This document shows, piece after piece, positions 7,694 to 13,229 of a DNA stretch of 13,229 bases (position 1 is its first letter; every line of letters begins with the position of its first letter). Source of the stretch: Nitrospinota bacterium. Its GTDB lineage: Bacteria; Nitrospinota; Nitrospinia; Nitrospinales; VA-1. A program made the position numbers and the translations under genes. The notes beneath the pieces were generated by a model that was given only the letters and a program-made list of their open reading frames with translations, did no database searches and was not told where the DNA came from. The stretch spans positions 1 to 13,229 of the forward strand of contig JAYNIA010000061.1 of assembly GCA_038108555.1 (NCBI GenBank), written 5' to 3'.

Positions 7694-8851
7694 TTAGAAA
7701 TAAAACAAAGCATTGAAGGCAATAGTGTTTTGAGTGTACACCCCATCGCCATCTTCATTGGTAAATGTGCTGATATCCGATTCATCATGCCGATACTCTG
7801 CCCGGACAACCATGTTGTTATTGATTCTAACTTCGGGGGTGATGGACATGGCCCAGAGCCGTTGTCTGACACCGGTTCCTGTTCGACCTCCATCTTCATC
7901 ATGAAAAGTTTGTCCCCGGTAATTCAACGAGAACCAGTCATTGACATCATAGCGGACGATTCCCGAAAATCCCCACCAGCTATGGTCGCCGGTTCTGTTT
8001 CCAGTTTGATCATTTTCAAAGCCGTAAACTGCATTCAAGTTTACGAGGAGCTTTTTGCAGGGACTGAACTCAATGACCGTGTCAAAATAATTTCTCAGGT
8101 CATCGGTATTATTCGTTCCACCTGTGGGGTCTTGATCTTCTGCGCTTCCAAAATAATTGAGATAAACCACAGCCGAATCTGAAACTGCCCAGGAGATCTG
8201 TCCTCCAAATCCTTTTCCATCATTGGTATCAACCGTGTTGTCTTGTCCGTTGGAAACCATTCCAAGGAGGCCAATGGTGTCCGTCAACTGGTATTGCACT
8301 CGAACGCCGGTATGAGTGAACGGTCCCAGGTTAAAAAGGAAAGATCTGGAGAAGGTGTAATTGAATCCATCATACCCGTCCATGACTTCTGCACCGATAT
8401 GAGTAGCGAACTTTCCGACATCTATTAATAACCCATTTCCAACCGGAGCGTTGTATTGAACAAACCCGATTTGCAAATCGAAATCGTCATCGGTAACATC
8501 TGCTCCACCTACCGCCGGTCCACCGGCGGATTTGTTGATCTGGGGGCCGCTAAAACCGTAGGTCATATCGACACGAAATCCAACATCTCCAATTTTTGCT
8601 GCATCTCTTTTTAGAACGATTTCAGCATTGTCCAACTTGAACGAATCATCATCAAAATCGTACACGCGTTGAGCATTGGTTCTGTTAGATGGTTGGGCGA
8701 AATTGTAAGTTTAGGAAGAAGTTGCAAAACCATGCACTTCAATATCTTTTATCAGTTCCAACGCTGAATCCGCAGAAGCTGTGCCAACGAATCCAAACAT
8801 AAGGGCAATTGAAATTGTTCCGTTAATTAACAACTTTCTAAGCTTCAACAT
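7694..8851 (-). pseudogene. Outer-membrane beta-barrel porin (bbp2/OmpL-like family) interrupted by an in-frame TAA at codon 47 (true pseudogene or base-call error)
   Basis: ATG at 8851 with AAAGGGG RBS gives MLKLRKLLINGTISIALMFGFVGTASA|DSALELIKDIEVHGFATSS*TYNFAQP..., in frame with ORF 7694..8665. Motifs GKFATHIGAE, FSRSFLF..GPFTHTG and RAEYRHD are present, with a C-terminal Phe (ALFYF). Confidence 0.75.
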
Positions 8852-9021
8852 AAAAACCCCTTTCAATGACGAACAACCTTAAAAATCAAATAGCTTATTT
8901 CAAATATAAAGAAATTATAAATTTGAAATATCCGTATATTACTAAAGTTCCTATATAAAGCAATAGCTTAATCAATATGCAACTGATTTTTTGCCTACTT
9001 TTTGGTCGAAAATTAGTTTTG

Positions 9022-10350
9022 TTAAATTATATAGCCTCTTTCTCCGTGGGAGGCAAGATCCAGTCCTTCACTTTCCTCATCCTCGGTGACTCTTAGACCC
9101 ATGACTCCATCGAGAACTTTGAGGATAATAAAGCTGACGATTCCGGTATATATAATGGTGGCTCCAACACCTAGGATTTGCACCATAATTTGTCCTCCGA
9201 TACTGGTGATATCTCCACCAAAACCGGCTCCGCCAAGAGATTCGGCACAAAAAACACCGGTCAAAATGGCTCCAACAATACCCCCGACGGCATGGATTCC
9301 AAAAACATCCAGGGAGTCATCGTAACCCATCGCACGTTTCAGGGTGGTTGAAGCCAGAAAACATACCGCTCCCGAGGCAAACCCTATGATCATCGCGCCC
9401 ATGGGGCCTACCGCCCCCGAGGCCGGGGTGATCGCAACCAGACCGGCTACGGCACCGGAAGCAATTCCAAGAACGCTGGGTTTACCGTGCTTCACCCATT
9501 CAATAAGCATCCAACTCAATGCGGCTGCCGCTGTAGCGACCTGGGTAACTGCCATAGCCATTCCTGCAACACCATCTGCTGCCAGTTCACTTCCGGCATT
9601 GAATCCGAACCATCCCACCCATAGCATGGATGTACCCATCAATGTATAGCCAAGATTGTGTGGAGGCATCGCAGTTGTGGGATATCCTTTTCTCTTTCCC
9701 AAGAGAATAGCTGCGACCAGTCCGGCAATGCCTGCGTTAATATGGACAACGGTTCCACCGGCAAAGTCGAGAATACCTTTATTTCCGAGCCATCCTCCGC
9801 CCCCCCAAACCCAATGACAGATAGGAGCATAAACAATGGTCATCCAGATAGTCATGAAAACCAGCATGGCAGAGAATTTCATGCGCTCGGCAAAAGCCCC
9901 TACCATCAGGGCAGGGGTTATAATGGCAAAGGTCATTTGAAAGACCATAAATACGGTTTCGGGTATGGTCCCACTCAGGGAGTCCACCCCGACTCCTTTA
10001 AGAAACATTTTGCTCAAACCGCCCCAGAAAGCCCCATCGCCACCAAAAGCGATGCTGTAACCATAAAGAACCCATAAAATGGTCATAAGGGATGTGATGG
10101 CAAAACACTGCATCAGCACGGATAAAATGTTTTTGCTTCGAACCATGCCGCCATAAAATAAGGACAATCCGGGAATGGTCATGAACAGCACCAATGCGGT
10201 TGCCGTTAGCATCCAGGCGGTATCTCCCGAGCTTAAAGTGGGGGCTTCCTCAGCAGCTGCTAATGACGGTAGCAATAGAACCAGTGCGATGGCTATCAGT
10301 GCCCAGTAATTTTTATTAGGTGCCAAAAGGCCAGAAATCTTCATTTTCAT
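9022..10350 (-). CDS. amtB: Ammonium transporter (Amt family)
   Basis: 442 aa with N-terminal signal peptide, GDTAWML, FQMTFA, HWVWGGG, DFAGGTVVH and DDSLDVFGIH (twin His), WFGFNAGS, and C-terminal GLDLASHGERGY. Confidence 0.97.
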   Translation of the reverse strand: MKMKISGLLAPNKNYWALIAIALVLLLPSLAAAEEAPTLSSGDTAWMLTATALVLFMTIPGLSLFYGGMVRSKNILSVLMQCFAITSLMTILWVLYGYSIAFGGDGAFWGGLSKMFLKGVGVDSLSGTIPETVFMVFQMTFAIITPALMVGAFAERMKFSAMLVFMTIWMTIVYAPICHWVWGGGGWLGNKGILDFAGGTVVHINAGIAGLVAAILLGKRKGYPTTAMPPHNLGYTLMGTSMLWVGWFGFNAGSELAADGVAGMAMAVTQVATAAAALSWMLIEWVKHGKPSVLGIASGAVAGLVAITPASGAVGPMGAMIIGFASGAVCFLASTTLKRAMGYDDSLDVFGIHAVGGIVGAILTGVFCAESLGGAGFGGDITSIGGQIMVQILGVGATIIYTGIVSFIILKVLDGVMGLRVTEDEESEGLDLASHGERGYII

Positions 10351-10444
10351 AAAACCCGCGCTCCAAGAAATTTAAAATGGGAGATAAATTGCATACCCAA
10401 GAAGGTAATCAGGCCAAATTCAGTGGCCTTTTCTTGGAGTAGTT

Positions 10445-10461
10445 TTCAATTCCTGTACCAA
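10445..10461 (-). promoter_or_regulatory. Candidate sigma-54 promoter for amtB (variant -12 element)
   Basis: Minus strand reads TTGGTACAGGAATTGAA, with GG at 10459-10458 and GA at 10447-10446. The -24/-12 spacing is correct but GA replaces GC. Confidence 0.45.
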
Positions 10462-10690
10462 GTGGATCATTTGACAAAAAAAGCCGTGGGGTTTCAAATA
10501 ATGGTATAAAATACAATAAGTTAGGTGATTTATTTTTTGGAATGCGGTAAAATAACGGATTGAAAACGGGTCTTTTGTTTCTTGGTTTGAAAGCAATGGT
10601 CCTTAAACTTTGCAACAAAATGCATCAAAATTGTTGAAAACCTGTCTTCTGATATTGAGGGGGAAAAAGTAAGGATCAAGTCATTAATTC

Positions 10691-10704
10691 GTCAAAATTA
10701 TGAC
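10691..10704. promoter_or_regulatory. Candidate enhancer-binding-protein site (FleQ-box-like) upstream of fliL
   Basis: GTCAAAATTATGAC is a 14-bp GTCA-N6-TGAC dyad about 110 bp upstream of the fliL sigma-54 site. An IHF-like GATCAAGTCATTA lies next to it at 10674-10686. Confidence 0.45.
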
Positions 10705-10813
10705 CGATAAGGAAGAAACTTGCCCCTTAATCGGCCTTTAAATGATTATAGCTAATGAAAACAAAGGGTTTAAATATATAGGGTTGCCCGTTTTCTGGGG
10801 TTGTTTTGTCCTT

Positions 10814-10830
10814 TTGGCATATAAATTGCT
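10814..10830 (+). promoter_or_regulatory. Sigma-54 (-24/-12) promoter of fliLMN
   Basis: TTGGCATATAAATTGCT closely matches TGGCAC-N5-TTGC(A/T), with GG at 10816-17 and GC at 10828-29, about 90 nt upstream of fliL. Confidence 0.8.
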
Positions 10831-10920
10831 CAAAGAAAGTCAAAAAAGATTAATTAAGTCCCTGATTTTTAATAATTAAAAGAATTTTTTATTGACGGAA
10901 GCAGGGCGGGAGAATGATTT

Positions 10921-11442
10921 ATGGCTGAAGAAGAGGATATACTAGAGGAACTAGAAGCTGCGGAGGCATCCGGCGGTAAAAGAGGCATGGGAATGATCAT
11001 TGGGATTATTCTAGGCCTACTGGTACTTGGCGGCGGTGGATATTATGCCTATATTACCTTTTTCCAGGAAAAACCTGCGGAGGAAACACCGGCTGAAGGT
11101 GAAGAGAAAGCCGAAGAAGAGGTTGAGGAAGATGTCAACCTTGGGGTCATGTTTCCCCTTGAACCCTTTATTGTCAATCTTGCCGGTAGTGAAGGGAAAC
11201 GGTTCCTTAAAGTAACGATTTCACTGGAATTGAGTACTCCGGAAGTTCATGCAGAATTAAAAGAAAATATTCAGAAAGTCACTGACTCCATCCTGGTTTT
11301 ACTGAGCAGTAAATCGTTTGAGGATGTTTATTCAGTGCAAGGCAAATTCAAGTTGAAAGATGAAGTCACCACACGAGTCAACCGGTTTTTAGTAATTGGC
11401 CATGTGAAAGATGCATATTTTACAGAATTTATTATTCAGTAA
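10921..11442 (+). CDS. fliL: Flagellar basal body-associated protein FliL
   Basis: 173 aa with a single TM helix ending GGGGYY, motifs LEPFIVNLA and RFLKV..L.L, and C-terminal YFTEFIIQ. Directly upstream of fliM. Confidence 0.95.
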   Translation: MAEEEDILEELEAAEASGGKRGMGMIIGIILGLLVLGGGGYYAYITFFQEKPAEETPAEGEEKAEEEVEEDVNLGVMFPLEPFIVNLAGSEGKRFLKVTISLELSTPEVHAELKENIQKVTDSILVLLSSKSFEDVYSVQGKFKLKDEVTTRVNRFLVIGHVKDAYFTEFIIQ

Positions 11443-11479
11443 AATTTTAATCAGTAATTTTTAGAATAAGGCAAAACTA

Positions 11480-12463
11480 ATGAGTGAGGTTTTATCCCAG
11501 GGAGAAGTCGATGCGCTACTGAGGGGTGTCGGCGATGGTGAGGTCGAAACCGAAACCGATGAAGCTCCTGAAGACGAATCGGGTGTCGTACCTTATGACC
11601 TGACGAGTCAGGAAAAGATCATTCGAGGTCGCCTGCCGACTCTGGACATTATCAACCAGATGTTTTCCAGGTTGTTCCGGAATACTTTCTCCACTTTGAT
11701 GCGGAAATCGGTCGATGTTAGTACTGTCTCAACCGATACCATCAAGTTTGGCGACTTCCTGCGATCCTTACCTGTTCCCTCCAGTTTGCACATCTTCCGT
11801 ATGGAACCCCTGCGTGGCCACGGCCTGATGGTGGTGGAAAGCAAATTGGTATTTGCAGTCGTGGATACCTTCTTCGGAGGATCGGGAACCAAAGAAGCAA
11901 AAATCACGGGTCGTGATTTCAGCTCCATCGAAATCAGAATGACAAAAAGTGTTGTCTTGAGTGCGTTGGAAGATCTGGAAAAAGCCTGGCGTCCGGTGCA
12001 TGCGGTAACGACCAACTTTGTTCGTTCTGAGGTCAACCCGCAGTTTGCGGCTATCGTGCCTCCGACCGATATCGTTCTGGTTATCCTTTTCGAAATCGAA
12101 ATGGAAAGCATTTCGGGAACCTTAACCATCTGTCTCCCTTATGCTGCTATTGAACCGGTCATTCCAAAATTGAAAGCACAGTTCCAATCGGAAGAAATGG
12201 AAGTGGATCAGGTTTGGGTTCGCCGACTCCGTACCGAGCTGTTGACCACCGAAATTGAACTGGTTGCCGAGCTGGGTACCACGGTGGTGACTCCGCAGGA
12301 CTTAATGAATTACAAAATAGGCGATACCATCATGCTGGGAAATGATGTGTCGGATCCATTATTTTTAAAGGTAGAACAAATTCCCAAGTTCAAGGGATTC
12401 CCGGGTGTGTCCCGAGGAAACAAGGCTATCCAGCTAACGGAAACAATTGAAAGGGAAGGATAA
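11480..12463 (+). CDS. fliM: Flagellar motor switch protein FliM
   Basis: 327 aa with N-terminal CheY-P-binding LSQGEVDALL, FFGGSG motif, EVNPQF and a C-terminal SpoA domain. Confidence 0.97.
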   Translation: MSEVLSQGEVDALLRGVGDGEVETETDEAPEDESGVVPYDLTSQEKIIRGRLPTLDIINQMFSRLFRNTFSTLMRKSVDVSTVSTDTIKFGDFLRSLPVPSSLHIFRMEPLRGHGLMVVESKLVFAVVDTFFGGSGTKEAKITGRDFSSIEIRMTKSVVLSALEDLEKAWRPVHAVTTNFVRSEVNPQFAAIVPPTDIVLVILFEIEMESISGTLTICLPYAAIEPVIPKLKAQFQSEEMEVDQVWVRRLRTELLTTEIELVAELGTTVVTPQDLMNYKIGDTIMLGNDVSDPLFLKVEQIPKFKGFPGVSRGNKAIQLTETIEREG

Positions 12464-12467
12464 GATT

Positions 12468-12851
12468 ATGGAAGATGAAGCTGCAAAAGAAGATTTTGAC
12501 GCATTAGACGACATCGGCGATATCGACGCCACCGGTGAAGGCGATGAGGATATGGGTGATGAGGGGGTGGCACCGGTTTCCAGTGGTGAAACCAAAAGTC
12601 TCGACCTCATTCTCGACATCCCACTAACTGTAGCTGTTGAACTGGGCCGCAGCAAAATGCTGATCAACGACCTCCTGCAATTAGGGCAGGGATCGGTCAT
12701 CGAATTAACCAAGCTCGTGGGTGAACCGCTGGAAGTACTGGTTAACCAGAAGCTGGTAGCCCGTGGCGAAGTGGTTGTTGTAAACGAAAAGTTTGGTGTG
12801 CGACTCACTGATATCGTTTCCCCAATGGAACGCGTACAATCCCTCGCATAA
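12468..12851 (+). CDS. fliN: Flagellar motor switch protein FliN
   Basis: LDLILDIPLTVAVELGR...LGQGSVIEL...GEVVVVNEKFGVR. The ATG at 12468 with AAGGA RBS, 4 nt after the fliM stop, is preferred over the TTG at 12447. Confidence 0.95.
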   Translation: MEDEAAKEDFDALDDIGDIDATGEGDEDMGDEGVAPVSSGETKSLDLILDIPLTVAVELGRSKMLINDLLQLGQGSVIELTKLVGEPLEVLVNQKLVARGEVVVVNEKFGVRLTDIVSPMERVQSLA

Positions 12852-12898
12852 ACCGTCCCCCGGTTTATGCGAGAGGTGAATCCGCAGACTCCCGATTC

Positions 12899-12924
12899 CA
12901 GCAAGGAATCCTCCTGCTGTTTTT
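12899..12924 (+). terminator. Possible intrinsic terminator after fliN
   Basis: CAGCA(A)GGA-ATCC-TCCTGCTG is an 8-bp stem with one bulge, followed by TTTTT. Confidence 0.45.
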
Positions 12925-12981
12925 CTATCTAATAAGTCCCCTGATCTAAAAAAATAAAGAAAACTTCACATTTTTTCCGTT

Positions 12982-12998
12982 TAGGTACGGCCTTTGCA
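12982..12998 (+). promoter_or_regulatory. Second sigma-54 promoter candidate, upstream of the gene following fliN
   Basis: TAGGTACGGCCTTTGCA, with GG at 12984-85 and GC at 12996-97 at correct spacing, about 68 nt upstream of the ATG at 13066. Confidence 0.6.
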
Positions 12999-13065
12999 AT
13001 CTTGCTGTATTAAAGCAAAAGTGTTGGTTTTTTTGACGAAATAATAATACGCAAAGGTGCAGCAA

Positions 13066-13229
13066 ATGAAACTGTTTTCAAAAACCCTGACTGTTTTCCA
13101 AATCATTTTTCTTGTATTTGCAAGTTTGGCCGGAGCCAAGGCTACAACGGATGCAAAAGAAAAATGGGGATCCATGAATAGTTTGAAAAAGGTTCATTCC
13201 CATTTAATGAGCAACGGGCATATCGTTCG
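13066..13229 (+). CDS. 5' end of a protein with an N-terminal signal peptide, possibly FliO-like by position (not in the ORF track)
   Basis: ATG at 13066 with AAGGTG upstream. The frame is open to the window end: MKLFSKTLTVFQIIFLVFASLAGAKA|TTDAKEKWGSMNSLKKVHSHL..., a Sec-type signal with an A-x-A site. The identity rests only on fliN-fliO synteny. Confidence 0.55.
   Translation, partial: MKLFSKTLTVFQIIFLVFASLAGAKATTDAKEKWGSMNSLKKVHSHLMSNGHIV

Noticed and set aside
4308..8428. Small ORFs inside the membrane, regulator and porin genes (4308-4514, 4562-4768, 6133-6327, 6262-6501, 7218-7418, 7687-7902, 7730-8182, 8243-8428)
   Set aside because: They overlap stronger genes almost entirely and show no family signatures.
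8896..8930. AT-rich inverted repeat TATTTCAAAT...ATTTGAAATA between amtB and the porin
   Set aside because: Very weak as a terminator and expected by chance in an AT-rich spacer. An operator role cannot be excluded but is unsupported.
8959..8975. Sigma-54-like TTGATTAAGCTATTGCT on the minus strand upstream of the porin
   Set aside because: The essential -24 GG is GA, and the region is AT-rich, so a chance match is likely.
9086..10618. ORFs overlapping amtB and the 69-aa ORF 10409-10618 as a possible glnK
   Set aside because: The overlapping ORFs are shadows. The 69-aa ORF has a TTG start, no P-II motifs, and overlies promoter-like sequence.
10894..10905. GACGGAAGCAGG resembling part of the glutamine riboswitch consensus
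   Set aside because: It is on the fliL strand rather than the amtB strand, and the flanking stems are absent.
11027..13175. ORFs 11027-11215, 11608-12129, 11768-12001, 12434-12904, 12981-13175 and the TTG start of fliN at 12447
   Set aside because: They are shadows of fliL, fliM, fliN or the plus-strand gene at 13066. The ATG at 12468 has a better RBS and avoids overlap with fliM.
1..13229. CRISPR arrays, tRNA/rRNA genes, transposases, integrases or prophage genes
   Set aside because: No regularly spaced repeats, RNA gene signatures or mobile-element proteins were seen.

Overview
Bacterial chromosomal window with three modules. (1) A minus-strand inorganic-carbon uptake operon at 472-7484: winged-helix regulator, DabB (NuoL-like), an extra degenerate NuoM-like membrane subunit, DabA (DUF2309, beta-carbonic-anhydrase-like) and an SbtB-like P-II protein. 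It converges on the 3' end of an alginate-export-type beta-barrel gene. (2) A minus-strand nitrogen uptake pair: amtB followed by an outer-membrane porin gene whose reading frame (7694-8851) is broken by one in-frame TAA. (3) A divergent plus-strand flagellar block, fliL-fliM-fliN plus the start of a signal-peptide gene (FliO position), with sigma-54-type promoters. Gene content and protein style suggest a Gram-negative chemolithoautotroph, possibly Nitrospinota; this is an inference only. The most interesting candidate system is the five-gene DAB variant, in which the additional antiporter-like subunit appears to have lost its proton-pumping charged residues and which has its own P-II-like sensor and probable autoregulating repressor.
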